Shown here piece after piece: positions 21,281 to 31,538 of a stretch of 64,000 bases of DNA. The position numbers and the translations under genes are program-made. The first letter of the stretch is position 1. The number at the start of each line of letters is the position of its first letter. The stretch covers positions 702-64,701 of the forward strand of contig JBITAF010000033.1 of assembly GCA_044440025.1 (NCBI GenBank), given 5' to 3'. This stretch comes from Phycisphaerales bacterium JB060 (GTDB lineage: Bacteria; Planctomycetota; Phycisphaerae; Phycisphaerales; UBA1924). The notes beneath the pieces were generated by a model that saw only the letters and a list, made by a program, of their open reading frames with translations, was not told where the DNA came from and ran no database searches.

Positions 21281-22678
21281 GTGACCGGGGAGTCGGACAT
21301 GACACAGATTTCAGACGCATTGGTGCTGGTGTTCGATGAGGGCTCGACGCTGGTGCAGCTCGAGCTCAACGGGTCGCTGGAGCGACACCGCGCCCTGTGG
21401 ACGCAGATCGGCAGGCGGCATGGCCGGCTGATCCTGGTCACGCACGATCGCGGAGACCAAGCCAAACGGGCGGCCGAGCTGGCCCAGTCTCTCGGGGCCA
21501 CTTGCGTGTGCGACGATCGCTGCACGCAGGTCCACGAGCACCAGGATCGGGCCGCCAGCACGGTTGCGGATCTGCTCAAGGACGCCAGGAGCGCGGTCGT
21601 GCAGTCGGTGGGCCTGATGGCCGCGCCGACGGCCCTGGCTGTCGCCTCCGGGTTGCAAAAGGCCGGCCTGAAGACCGCCCTGCTGGCCGAGGGTGCCGAC
21701 CTCTGGAGTCGGCAATCCATCTGCGAGTTCGGTTCCACATCTCGGGCCGCCCTGGAGGCGGCCTACCGCGAGCAACTGGCATGCACGTCGGCCCACGTCG
21801 TGCTGGCTGGATGCGAGCCGGTGGCAGACGACCTGGTGTGGCGGTTCAACCTTTCGGCCGAGCGGGTACGGGTTGTTCCGATGCCTGTGATCGCCGATAC
21901 GTGCTGCATTCGGGCCGAGCAACGCGACAAGAACACCATCCTCGCGTTCGGGCCGGCTACCAAGCGGGCCAGGCTGAACCTGGTGGTGGATGCCGTCGCT
22001 TCCCTCAGAAAGACCGATTGGCCCGACGCAAAGCTGCGGATTCTGATGGACGGCCCCGAGACACCCGCGCTCCAGGAGCAGGCCGACCGGCTGGACGTGC
22101 CCCTGGAGATCATCACGAGCCCGACCGCCGACGATGCAGATCGGGCGCTCAAGTCCTGTGCCCTCATGGTCTACACGGCGACGAGCGAGACCAACCCCCC
22201 GGCGGTCTACGAGGCGATGTCGGTGGGCCCGGCGGTCGTGCTGGCCGTCGACCCACTGTGCGCCCTCCAGGTGGTCCATGGGGTCTCTGGCCTTCGCATG
22301 CCCGCCGAGGCCGAGGCCATCGCCCGTGCCATCGGCGGTTTGCTCATGGACGGCCCCTGGCGCGACGCCCTGGGCGGGGCTGGCCGCGAGCGGGCGTATC
22401 AGAGCCACTCCAGCCCAGCCGTGGCCGATGCCATGACCGAGGCGCAGATCGCCGCCCTCGAGATTGCCGCGAGCGGTGAGACCAAGATCAGCTCGGCCCT
22501 CATTCTGGCCGGAGATGGCCTGGCAGACCTGAACCCCAGCGACGGTGCGGCGGCGTGGGCCCGGGCCATCGGCGACTCGCTCGACCGTATGGACGGCGAC
22601 CGCGAGGCGTACCTCACTGCGATCTGCGACGCGCTTGAAGGCATGCGGGGCAAGAAGCGTCGTGTGCCGGCGGCCTAG
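21281..22678 (+). CDS. GT-B fold glycosyltransferase (GT4/GT1-like)
   Basis: C-terminal EX7E-type region SETNPPAVYEAMSVG. Divergent from the HldE-like gene. ATG 21299 is an alternative start. Confidence 0.7.
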   Translation: MTGESDMTQISDALVLVFDEGSTLVQLELNGSLERHRALWTQIGRRHGRLILVTHDRGDQAKRAAELAQSLGATCVCDDRCTQVHEHQDRAASTVADLLKDARSAVVQSVGLMAAPTALAVASGLQKAGLKTALLAEGADLWSRQSICEFGSTSRAALEAAYREQLACTSAHVVLAGCEPVADDLVWRFNLSAERVRVVPMPVIADTCCIRAEQRDKNTILAFGPATKRARLNLVVDAVASLRKTDWPDAKLRILMDGPETPALQEQADRLDVPLEIITSPTADDADRALKSCALMVYTATSETNPPAVYEAMSVGPAVVLAVDPLCALQVVHGVSGLRMPAEAEAIARAIGGLLMDGPWRDALGGAGRERAYQSHSSPAVADAMTEAQIAALEIAASGETKISSALILAGDGLADLNPSDGAAAWARAIGDSLDRMDGDREAYLTAICDALEGMRGKKRRVPAA

Positions 22679-22799
22679 CAGCGTTATCGGCCGGCAAGAA
22701 CTGCGCACGCGCCGCGAAGGCTGTCAGAATGTGTCGGTTGGCGTCGGTTGTGACGATACTGAGGGTGCCAGGGGCAAGGACCGCCCCGGTAGATTGGGG

Positions 22800-23144
22800 A
22801 TGATCCGCATGGATGAGCGCAGCCAGAACCTCGATCGCCGCCGCTTCCGGCGGACGACCGTCAACCGTGCCGGCAAGGTGTTCGTTCGCCGAGCCCTGCG
22901 ATACCTGCCCGTGCGGGCGCTGGACGTATCGCTGGGCGGCCTCCTTCTGGAGGTCAAGAGCGACCGTCCGCTGATGGTTGGCGAGATGCTGGAAGTGATC
23001 ATCGGCGATGGCAGCCGGGCGGTGGTGGACGCCGAGGATGTTGTCGAAGCCCACATCGCCCATGTCGCGATCGCTGAAGATGGCACGCAGCGTGTCGGCC
23101 TGGCCTTTGCGCACGAAGGGGCCATGGCCGCCGTTGCGGCCTGA
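22800..23144 (+). CDS. PilZ domain protein
   Basis: c-di-GMP binding motifs RRFRRT (RxxxR) and DVSLGG (D/NxSxxG). Start at the internal ATG 22800. Confidence 0.7.
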   Translation: MIRMDERSQNLDRRRFRRTTVNRAGKVFVRRALRYLPVRALDVSLGGLLLEVKSDRPLMVGEMLEVIIGDGSRAVVDAEDVVEAHIAHVAIAEDGTQRVGLAFAHEGAMAAVAA

Positions 23145-23283
23145 TTCGGGCTTGCCTGGGCACAATCCGCCCCGGCCGAGCACGATTTTTCCGCGAGCCA
23201 GCAATCTTTTTCCGCCGAACGGCGTAATGGCCGATTCCCAGGGCCGTGCGCGATGATCGCGTGCCTGCGGAGGGCCTAGGGCC

Positions 23284-24429
23284 TTGAGCGACGTAGCTCT
23301 GACAACACCGGACCTGGGCCGACCGCGATGGACAGTCTCGCCTGGCCTGGGGCTGGTGGCGTGCGGTGTGGCATGCCTGCTGGCCGCCGATGCGAGCTTC
23401 GGGCAGGTCCAGAGTGCCCCACCCATGGGCGAGGGCGTCAAGGCCCTGACAACCAGTGACTGGCTGGCCATCATCATCCGCGTGGCGGCCCCGCTGGTGA
23501 TTGTCATCCTGTTCCTGGCCGACTTCATCCGCCCTGGGTCGTTCCAGCGGGCGGGCAAGCGCGACGTGGTGGCCTACCAGTGGCCCGTGTGGCTCTTCGG
23601 CGCCTTCGTTGTGGTGTCGGCCCAGATCTTCGGCGCCCAAGCCTTCGGCCAGATCACCCAGGTGTGGGAGTGGCTTGCCGGCCAGGGCGGCCCGGTGCAG
23701 CCGCTGGGCGAGAGCGAGACCCGCGACGAGGCATTGACCCAACTTGGCGCCGTCATCTTCGGCGCCTTCGCCGGTGGGGTGATGGTCTACTTGCTCAACA
23801 AGCGCGAGCACGACGAGGGCATGCGGTTCGGCGCTGGGGATATCCCACTTGGGCTCTTGGCCGTCGTCATCGCCTTTCCCGTGGTGGCCGCCACGGGCGA
23901 GGTCTCCCGCCTGGTGTTCGAGTACGCCAGCGGCGAGAAGCAGAGCACGATCGCCCACGCCACGCTTGAACTGATCCGCCAGAACTCGGACGATCCGTGG
24001 ACCTGGGTCGTCATCGCCACGGCCGTCCTGGGCGCCGCCATCATCGAGGAACTCATCTTCCGGGCCTTCGTGCAGACCGCCTTGCTGCGGATGCTGGGCT
24101 CGGCGTGGCTGGCGGTCATCCTCACCAGCGCGGTGTTCGCGTTGGTCCACACATCCGGTGGGCAGGTGCCCTGGCACGCCGTTCCGGCGTTGTTCGTGCT
24201 GGGGCTGGCCATCGGCATCGCGTACGAGCGGTTCAAGGGGCTGGGCGTGCCCATTGCGATGCACGCGGGCTTCAACGCCATCAACATCGCCCTGGTGCTG
24301 TGGATGGCCGACCCCACACCCGCCCCACCCACGCAGTACGACGAGCGGGGCGTGCCCATCACCCAGCCCGAGGCCGGCCAGCAGCCGCCCGCGACCCCGC
24401 CCGCCGGCACGCCGGGGGGCCAGCCTTAA
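23284..24429 (+). CDS. CPBP family intramembrane glutamic endopeptidase (CAAX protease / Abi-like)
   Basis: Motifs IEELIFRAF, FALVH and HAGFNAI in a polytopic membrane protein. TTG start is uncertain. Confidence 0.8.
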   Translation: MSDVALTTPDLGRPRWTVSPGLGLVACGVACLLAADASFGQVQSAPPMGEGVKALTTSDWLAIIIRVAAPLVIVILFLADFIRPGSFQRAGKRDVVAYQWPVWLFGAFVVVSAQIFGAQAFGQITQVWEWLAGQGGPVQPLGESETRDEALTQLGAVIFGAFAGGVMVYLLNKREHDEGMRFGAGDIPLGLLAVVIAFPVVAATGEVSRLVFEYASGEKQSTIAHATLELIRQNSDDPWTWVVIATAVLGAAIIEELIFRAFVQTALLRMLGSAWLAVILTSAVFALVHTSGGQVPWHAVPALFVLGLAIGIAYERFKGLGVPIAMHAGFNAINIALVLWMADPTPAPPTQYDERGVPITQPEAGQQPPATPPAGTPGGQP

Positions 24430-24444
24430 GCCATCCCGATTTGT

Positions 24445-26985
24445 TTGCGGCGGCCAACTGCTGTACTGTCCGGGGCTTTGGGAACAGCGCGCACAACCTG
24501 GGGATTCCACGCCGGGCGTCTGGCCCGCGGGCTGGCTGTGGCGGTGCTGCTGGCCGCCGCGGGTGGTGCGCACGCCCAGGCGCCCACGGCCGATCAGGAT
24601 TCCCTCGAGCAGGTCACCGGGCCGCTTGCCGAGCTGGCCGACCGGCGCGTGCGGGCCATCGTGCTGCGTCAGCCGGCCGACAACGGCGCGTTCGCGCCGC
24701 TGGAGCCCACGCTTGAGACTATGGCGCGTCAGCAGATCCGAACGGCTGCGGGCTCGGCCCTTGATCCCCAGATGCTGCTTCGCGACCGGCGGACGCTGGA
24801 CCGGCTTGGGCGGTTCCGGCGGATCGTGGTCGAGGCGGTGCCCCAGGACGACGGGTCGGTGGTGGTGGTGTTCACGCTGGACCCCCAGCCGCTGATCTTC
24901 GTGGTGCAGCCGGTGGGCAACCGGGCGCTGAGCGACCAGAAGATCTCGGCGCTGACCGAGGTGCTGGTGCTCAACCCGGTCGACCCGGTGCTGATCCAGA
25001 ACGTGGCGCGCGATATCGAGCGTGCCTACGCGCTGGAGGGCTACACCGAGGCGCAGGTGACCGCCGATCTGTCGGAGATCGAGCAGACCGGTCAGCTCTT
25101 CCTGCGCGTGCGCGAGGGCAGCCGCCTGCGCGTCACGGGCGTGCGGTTCGAGGGCAACGAGGTGTTCAGCGACCGGCAGCTCCGCTCGCAGGTCGATCTG
25201 GCGACGTACAAGCCCGTGTTCGAGAAGGGACGCTTCGACGAGGCCCAGGCCGAGGCCGACGTGCAGGCGCTGCTGCGGTTCTATCGCGACCGCGGGTACA
25301 TCGACGTGCGGGCGGGCTGGCAGCGCATCGACGCGCCCAACAACCGCGAGGTCATCGTGGTGTACCACGTGTCCGAGGGCGAGCGGTACACCGTGCGCGA
25401 TGTGCTTGTCGAGTACGCCGACCAGGGCGTGGTGGACGGCTTCGTGCCCCGCCTGAGCCCCGAGCAGGTGCGCGGGCTGATGAGCATCAAGACCGGGGAC
25501 GTCTACAACGCCTCGCTCATCCAGCGGGGGGTGGACGACATCTACGCCGCACTGACGCGCATGGGCTACACCACCTGCGTGGTGCAGACCGAGGACCTGA
25601 CCGACGCCCAGGAGAACCTGGTCGACCTGCGCGTCCAGATCCGCCAGGGCCCGGCCAGCCGCGTCGGGCTCATCAACGTCATCGGCAACCAGATCACCCA
25701 GATCCGCGTGGTCATGCGGTACATCGAGCTCGAGCCGGACACCCCCGCGGACATCCACGAGCGGGTGCCGGTCGAGGACTCGGCCGGCCAGCGCACGCGC
25801 GAGCAGCTCGAGCAGACGCGGTTCTTCGGCCCCCTGGCCCGCCCGGACATCCGCGTGGTGCTGCAGGACCCCACCGGCCCGAGCAACCACCGCGACATCC
25901 TCATCAGCCTGGAGGAGGCCCGCACGGCCAACTTCGCCATCGGGGCGGCCCTGAGCAGCGATTCGGGCGTCATCGGCCAGCTCAGCATCAGCGAGAGCAA
26001 CTTCGACATCACCGACTGGCCCGAGAGCTTCGACGAGTTCATCGGGCGGCGGTCGTTCCGCGGCGGCGGGCAGCGCGCGTCGATCAGCCTCCAGCCGGGC
26101 ACCATCAGCGAACGCTACCAGGTGTCCTTCGGCGAGCCCCAGCTGCTGGAGAGCAACTACAGCCTGGACACCAGCGGCTACTACCGCTCCTTCGACTTTG
26201 ACGACTTCGACGAGGCGCGCGTGGGCGGCACGCTGGCCCTGGGCCGGGCCTTCGGCAGCCAGTGGCGGGCCGGGCTGTCCACCAGGCTCGAGCAGGTGCG
26301 CATCAGCGACATCCAGCCCGACCGCCCGGTGGATCTGTTCGACTCCAGCGGCACCAGCCTCATCGACGTGCTGGGGCTCACGCTCTCGCGCTCCAGCTTC
26401 GACCACCCCTACCTGCCCACGCGCGGCTCGGCCCTGCGCGTCAGCCTCGAGCAGGCCGGCATCCTCACCGACGACTGGGACTTCACCCGCCTGCGGGGCA
26501 GCGGCGTGGTCTACGTGCCCATCCAGGAGGACTTCCTGGGCCGCGCCACGGTGGCCAACTTCTCGGGCCGCTTCGGCTACATCCCCGATTCCCCGGACGA
26601 CGTGCCCATCTTCGAGCGGCTCAACGCGGGGGGGGCCAACTTCCGCGGCTTCGGCGTGCGCGGCATCGGGCCGGTGGGCGTGCGCAACGACACGGGGCAG
26701 CTGGGCGGCGACCAGGTGGGCGGCACGTGGGAGCTGTACCTGGGCGCCGAGATCCAGCAGCCCATCTTCAACGAGAACTTCCGGCTGGTCTTCTTCACCG
26801 ACATGGGCACGGTCACCAACCGCCCGGGCTTTGACCACTGGCGCCTCAGCGTGGGCACCGGCCTGCGCCTGACCGTGCCCGCGCTGACCCCCGTGCCGCT
26901 GGCCTTCGATTTTGGTTTCCCCGTGCTCAAGGAGCCCACCGACGACACGCGGATCTTCACGTTTACCGTTGAGGTGCCGTTCTAG
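24445..26985 (+). CDS. bamA: Outer membrane protein assembly factor BamA
   Basis: 846 aa. Repeated POTRA-like units (RVTGVRFEGNEVFSDRQLRSQV, FYRDRGYIDV) and a C-terminal beta-barrel ending in F. Start uncertain. Confidence 0.9.
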   Translation: MRRPTAVLSGALGTARTTWGFHAGRLARGLAVAVLLAAAGGAHAQAPTADQDSLEQVTGPLAELADRRVRAIVLRQPADNGAFAPLEPTLETMARQQIRTAAGSALDPQMLLRDRRTLDRLGRFRRIVVEAVPQDDGSVVVVFTLDPQPLIFVVQPVGNRALSDQKISALTEVLVLNPVDPVLIQNVARDIERAYALEGYTEAQVTADLSEIEQTGQLFLRVREGSRLRVTGVRFEGNEVFSDRQLRSQVDLATYKPVFEKGRFDEAQAEADVQALLRFYRDRGYIDVRAGWQRIDAPNNREVIVVYHVSEGERYTVRDVLVEYADQGVVDGFVPRLSPEQVRGLMSIKTGDVYNASLIQRGVDDIYAALTRMGYTTCVVQTEDLTDAQENLVDLRVQIRQGPASRVGLINVIGNQITQIRVVMRYIELEPDTPADIHERVPVEDSAGQRTREQLEQTRFFGPLARPDIRVVLQDPTGPSNHRDILISLEEARTANFAIGAALSSDSGVIGQLSISESNFDITDWPESFDEFIGRRSFRGGGQRASISLQPGTISERYQVSFGEPQLLESNYSLDTSGYYRSFDFDDFDEARVGGTLALGRAFGSQWRAGLSTRLEQVRISDIQPDRPVDLFDSSGTSLIDVLGLTLSRSSFDHPYLPTRGSALRVSLEQAGILTDDWDFTRLRGSGVVYVPIQEDFLGRATVANFSGRFGYIPDSPDDVPIFERLNAGGANFRGFGVRGIGPVGVRNDTGQLGGDQVGGTWELYLGAEIQQPIFNENFRLVFFTDMGTVTNRPGFDHWRLSVGTGLRLTVPALTPVPLAFDFGFPVLKEPTDDTRIFTFTVEVPF

Positions 26986-27033
26986 AGCCTCCAGTCCCGC
27001 GCCGCCCTTCGCCAAGCCCCCATCGGAGATGCC

Positions 27034-28125
27034 ATGCCCCTGAACCACTACGTCACCCTGGGCCGCAGCGGCCTGCGCGTGAGCCCGTTCTGCCTTGGAA
27101 CGATGACCTTCGGCAAGGAGTGGGGCTGGGGCAGCGACGTTCAGACCTCCAACAAGGTCATCACGACGTTCCTCGACGCGGGCGGCAACTTCCTGGACAC
27201 CGCCAACATGTACACCAAGGGCCACAGCGAGGTGGTCATCGGCGACTACTTCCACGGCGGCCCGGGTGACGGCAAGCGCGACCGCGTGGTCATCGCCACC
27301 AAGTTCCTTGGCAACATGTACATGGGCGACCCCAACGGCGGCGGTGCCTCGCGCAAGACCATCTACGAGAGCTGCGAGCAGAGCCTGCGGCGTCTCAAGA
27401 CCGACTACATCGACCTCTACTGGATGCACTTCCACGACACGCACACGCCCATCGACGAGACGATGCGCGCGCTCGATGACCTGGTACGCTCAGGAAAAGT
27501 TCGTTACATCGGCTTCAGCGACACGCCCGCGTGGAAGGTCGTGCAGGCCCAGTACGAGGCGATCTTCCGCAGCTGGTCGCCGCTGATCGCCCTGCAGATC
27601 GAGTACTCGCTGCTGGAGCGCACGGTCGAGCATGATCTCATGCCCATGGCTCGCGAGATGGGCCTGGGCGTCACGCCGTGGAGCCCGATCAAGGGCGGCA
27701 TCCTCAGCGGCAAGTACACCCGCGAGAACACGCCCAAGGAGGGCGAGGGCCGGTATAAGGAGGACAGCCGGTACCTCACCGAGAAGACGTTCAAGATCGT
27801 CGACGCGCTGATCGAGATCGGCAAGGCGCACGACGCGAGCGCCGCGCAGGTCGCCTTCAAGTGGGTGCAGGACCGCGAGGGCGTGGCCTCCACCATCATC
27901 GGCGCGCGGAAGCTCGACCAGCTCGAGGACAACCTGAAGGCCCTGGACCTGGAGCTGACCGAGGACGAGACCAAGCGGCTCGACGAGCTGAGCGCCCCCG
28001 ACCCGATCTTCCCCCACTCGTTCCTGGCGGGCATCCACAACGCCATCCAGGGCGGCACGACGGTTAACGGCGTGCCGAGCGAGGCGCCCAAGATGGCCCC
28101 CCAATCCGACGACGAGCGCTGGTAG
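27034..28125 (+). CDS. Aldo/keto reductase
   Basis: GLRVSPFCLGTMTFG, DTANMY, and LYWMHFHD with typical AKR spacing. Confidence 0.9.
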   Translation: MPLNHYVTLGRSGLRVSPFCLGTMTFGKEWGWGSDVQTSNKVITTFLDAGGNFLDTANMYTKGHSEVVIGDYFHGGPGDGKRDRVVIATKFLGNMYMGDPNGGGASRKTIYESCEQSLRRLKTDYIDLYWMHFHDTHTPIDETMRALDDLVRSGKVRYIGFSDTPAWKVVQAQYEAIFRSWSPLIALQIEYSLLERTVEHDLMPMAREMGLGVTPWSPIKGGILSGKYTRENTPKEGEGRYKEDSRYLTEKTFKIVDALIEIGKAHDASAAQVAFKWVQDREGVASTIIGARKLDQLEDNLKALDLELTEDETKRLDELSAPDPIFPHSFLAGIHNAIQGGTTVNGVPSEAPKMAPQSDDERW

Positions 28126-28144
28126 GGGGCTCCGCTGCGCGGGT

Positions 28145-28501
28145 TCGGGTCGGACGCGGCCCAGGCCGGAGCAGAAACGGGCCAAGTCAGAGCAGACCTG
28201 GGGCAGGCCAGGGCAGACCCGGGTCAGGTCAGAGCGGACCTGGGCCAGGTCAGAGCAGACCTGGGTCATGTCAGAGCGGACCTGGGCCGGGTCAGAGCAG
28301 ACCCGTGTCAGGTCAGAGCAGGCCTGGGTCGGGTCAGAGCAGACCTGGGGCAAGTCAGAGCAGACCTGGGTCATGTCAGAGCAGACCTGGGCCGGGTCAG
28401 GGCAGACCTGGGTCATGTCAGAGCAGGCCTGGGCCGGGTCAGAGCAGACCTGGGGCAAGTCAGAGCAGACCTGGTCGAAGTCAGCGCAGGTCTGGCTCGC
28501 G
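28145..28501. repeat. Tandem array of a 21-bp unit, about 14 well-conserved copies (28187-28480) plus 3 degenerate flanking copies
   Basis: Consensus TCAGAGCAGACCTGGGYCRKG read directly. Lies between the convergent 3' ends of the AKR gene and pyrC. No unique spacers. Confidence 0.9.
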
Positions 28502-28548
28502 CGGGCACGGCGACGGCCGGAGAGGGCCCGAGAACCGGCGCGGGCCGC

Positions 28549-29886
28549 TCAGCCCAGCTCGTGGGCGAAGCGCGCCGGCGTCCCCCGGTGCATCGGGTCG
28601 AAGCGGCCGGCCTCGAACACCGTCCGCCCCCCGACGATCGTGCGGACGACCCTCCCCTTCAGCGTCTGGCCGTGCCAGGGGCTCCAGCGGCACTTGGTCA
28701 GCTGCTCGTCGTCCCGGACGGTGTGGGTCTTGTTGAGGTCGACCAGGGCCAGGTCGGCGTCGTAGCCGGGGATGATCGAGCCCTTGTTCACGATGCGCCA
28801 GGTCTTCGCGGGCGCGGCGCACATCCAGTCGACGACCTGCTCGAGCGTGCAGCGGCCCCGGTGCATCGCCGTCAGCATGACGGCCAGCGAGTTCTCGACC
28901 GCCGGCATGCCGCTGGGGCTCTTGGGATAGGGCTGCTTCTTCTCTTCGAGGGTGTGCGGCGCGTGGTCGGTGGCGACGACTTCCAGGACACCGTCGCGGA
29001 GTGCTTGCCATAAGGCGTCCACGTCGGCGCGCGTCTTGATCGAGGGGTTCATCTGGATGCGCGTGCCCAGGCGGTCGTAGTCGTCGACCGTAAACCACAA
29101 ATGGTGCGTGCACGCCTCGGCGGTGATGATGCCCGGATGGCTCTCGTGCGCGGCGGCGATCAATGGGATCTCGTCGGCGGTCGAGACGTGCAGCACGTGG
29201 AAGCGGTGCTGGTGCCGCGTGGCCAGGTCGATGGCGCGGGCCGTCGAGATGCGCGCGGCGGCGTGGTCGCGGATCTTGGAGTGATCGTGGACCGTGGTGC
29301 CGCCGCCGAGCCGTTCCGAGTTCGCCCGCACCGTCGCCTCGTCCTCGCAGTGGGCGGTCAGGGGCAGCGTGGTTTCGGCGAAGATGCGTTCGAGGGCCTC
29401 CTGCTGGTCGACCAGGAGATCGCCCGTGCTCGAGCCGATGAAGATCTTGATGCCCGGCGTCCGCGTGGCGGTCTTGAGGTCCTCGATGTTGTCGGGCGTG
29501 GCGCCGATGTAGAAGCCGTAGTTCACCACGCACCTGTCGGCGGCCAGTTCGAGCTTGTGGTCCACGCCCGCCTGCGTGATGGCATTCGGAACAGTATTGG
29601 GCATCTCCAGGAAGGTCGTGACCCCGCCCTTGGCGCAGGCGAGGCTGGCGGTGTGCAGGTTCTCCTTGTGCGTCATGCCCGGCTCGCGGAAGTGCACCTG
29701 GTCGTCGATGACGCCGGGGATCAGGTGCAGGCCTGCCGCGTCGATGACCTCGTCGGCGTGGGCGGATGGCGCGGGGTCGATGTCGAGGATGGCCCCATGG
29801 CCAAGGAGGACCGAGGCGCGGCGCGTGCCATCGGGCAGCACGCAAATGGCGTTGATGATGCGGACTCTGGCGGCGGTGGGGGGCAT
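28549..29886 (-). CDS. pyrC: Dihydroorotase (cyclic amidohydrolase family)
   Basis: [11 protein letters not shown] metal-binding motif and the [12 protein letters not shown] and VATDHAPH signatures. Confidence 0.85.
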   Translation of the reverse strand: MPPTAARVRIINAICVLPDGTRRASVLLGHGAILDIDPAPSAHADEVIDAAGLHLIPGVIDDQVHFREPGMTHKENLHTASLACAKGGVTTFLEMPNTVPNAITQAGVDHKLELAADRCVVNYGFYIGATPDNIEDLKTATRTPGIKIFIGSSTGDLLVDQQEALERIFAETTLPLTAHCEDEATVRANSERLGGGTTVHDHSKIRDHAAARISTARAIDLATRHQHRFHVLHVSTADEIPLIAAAHESHPGIITAEACTHHLWFTVDDYDRLGTRIQMNPSIKTRADVDALWQALRDGVLEVVATDHAPHTLEEKKQPYPKSPSGMPAVENSLAVMLTAMHRGRCTLEQVVDWMCAAPAKTWRIVNKGSIIPGYDADLALVDLNKTHTVRDDEQLTKCRWSPWHGQTLKGRVVRTIVGGRTVFEAGRFDPMHRGTPARFAHELG

Positions 29887-29943
29887 GGTCGTTCCTTGGT
29901 CGGGGCGTGGGATCGACCTAGGCTAGCCAAGAGGAACGCGATC

Positions 29944-30792
29944 ATGGCACCCACAACCCGGCGAAAGAGCGCCCAGCCCCCGATTACCGACGCCCAGATC
30001 GAGCTGGCCGCCCAGGCCGCGCGGTGCGTGGTCGAGACCCACGAGGCCATCGTCGGCTTCCTGAAGCACGGCCAGACGCTCGCCGAGATCGACCGATTCG
30101 TGGGCGAGACCCTGGCGAAGATGGGCGCCAAGAGCTGCTTCAAGGGCTACCGCGCCGGCCGCCACCCGCCCTTCCCCGCCCACGCATGCCTGAGCGTGAA
30201 CGAGACGGTCGTCCACGGCCACCCGGGCAGCCACCAGGCGCCCCTGAAGGAGGGCGACGTCCTGAAGGTTGACATCGGCGTGAGCAAGCAGGGCTGGATC
30301 GGCGACGCGGCGTACACCTACAGCTTCGGCCAGCCCGACGAGACCACCCGCGCGCTCATGGACTGCGGCAAGGAGGCCCTGCGCCTGGGCATCGAGGCCA
30401 TGCAGCCCGGGGCCGAGCTCGTCGAGTGGGCCCGGGCCATCCAGCACCACGTCGAGAAGGTTTGTAAGTTCCACATGGTGCGGGGCTTGGGCGGCCACGG
30501 CTATGGCCGCACGCTGCACGCCCCGCCGTTTATCTCGAATACCGTCCCGGCCGTGGCCGCGCTCGAGTGGCGCGAGGCGCACCACAAGTTCACCCCCGGC
30601 ATGCTGCTGGCCGTCGAGCCCATGATCGCCGTGGGCACCGGCCGGATCACCCAGCACGGCAACGCCTGGCCGCTGGATATTGCCGATGGAAGCCAGAGCG
30701 TGCACTACGAGGCCGACGTCCTGATTACCGAGGACGGCCCCAGGAACCTGACCGCCGGGCTCGAGCAACTGCCCGACGTTATATCCAGGTAG
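29944..30792 (+). CDS. map: Type I methionine aminopeptidase
   Basis: VHGHP, DIGV...GWIGDAA, GHGYGRTLH and VEPMI metal-ligand blocks. Start at ATG 29944. Confidence 0.9.
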   Translation: MAPTTRRKSAQPPITDAQIELAAQAARCVVETHEAIVGFLKHGQTLAEIDRFVGETLAKMGAKSCFKGYRAGRHPPFPAHACLSVNETVVHGHPGSHQAPLKEGDVLKVDIGVSKQGWIGDAAYTYSFGQPDETTRALMDCGKEALRLGIEAMQPGAELVEWARAIQHHVEKVCKFHMVRGLGGHGYGRTLHAPPFISNTVPAVAALEWREAHHKFTPGMLLAVEPMIAVGTGRITQHGNAWPLDIADGSQSVHYEADVLITEDGPRNLTAGLEQLPDVISR

Positions 30793-30859
30793 CGGGGTGC
30801 AACGCCGCCACGGCCATCGCGGTATACGCCTGCGGAGCAAGGAGCAAACGAAGGAGGCG

Positions 30860-31534
30860 ATGATGCCGAAGGTCGGAGTGATCCTCAGCGGGTGCGGCGT
30901 GTACGACGGGTCGGAGATCCACGAGGCGGTGGCCGTGCTGCACGCGCTGGACCGCCACGGCGCCCAGGCGGTGTGCCTGGCCCCGGAGATGGAACTCGAG
31001 GAGATCAACCACCTCAACCAGCAGCCCACCGGCAAGAAGCGCAGCGTGTTGATGGAGGCCGCCCGCATCGCCCGCGGCGACGTCACGCCCCTGGCCAAGG
31101 TCAAGGGAAGCGACTTCGACGCCATCGTGCTGCCGGGCGGGTTCGGGGCGGCCAAGAACCTGTGCGACTTTGCCAGCAAGGGGCCCGACTGCACCGTGAA
31201 CGAGCAGGTCGCCCGCGTGCTCAAGGAAGCCCAGCAGGCCGGCCGGCCGCTGGGCTTTGCGTGCATCAGCCCGGCCGTCGCAGCCCGCGTCTTCGGCAAG
31301 GACCTGGGTCCCAACCTGACCATCGGCCGCGACAAGGGCACGGCCGACGGGCTAGAGGCCATGGGCGCGACCCACCAGAACTGCGAGGGCGACGGCATCG
31401 TCGTGGACAACCGCCACCGCATCGTCTCGACCCCCGCCTACATGTGCGACCAGCCCATCGGGGCGGTCTTCACGGGCATCGGCGCGATGGTGGACAAGGT
31501 GATGGAGATGGTTCAGCAGCCGGCGGCGGTGTAG
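30860..31534 (+). CDS. elbB: Isoprenoid biosynthesis glyoxalase ElbB (DJ-1/PfpI superfamily)
   Basis: KVGVILSGCGVYDGSEIHEAV, LPGGFGAAKNL and FACISP. AAGGAGG RBS at 30851-30857. Confidence 0.85.
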   Translation: MMPKVGVILSGCGVYDGSEIHEAVAVLHALDRHGAQAVCLAPEMELEEINHLNQQPTGKKRSVLMEAARIARGDVTPLAKVKGSDFDAIVLPGGFGAAKNLCDFASKGPDCTVNEQVARVLKEAQQAGRPLGFACISPAVAARVFGKDLGPNLTIGRDKGTADGLEAMGATHQNCEGDGIVVDNRHRIVSTPAYMCDQPIGAVFTGIGAMVDKVMEMVQQPAAV

Positions 31535-31538
31535 GGCG

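Noticed and set aside
28145-28501. CRISPR array
   Set aside because: Units abut each other with no unique spacers. The period is 21 bp, far below a repeat-plus-spacer length. No cas genes are in the window.
27490-28765. Heptad-repeat proteins (QVCSDxx on the minus strand, SEQTWxx on the plus strand) encoded by the 21-bp array
   Set aside because: Outside the repeats both ORFs overlap well-supported genes (the AKR gene and pyrC). The array is stop-free in several frames simply because the unit is GC-rich and a multiple of 3.
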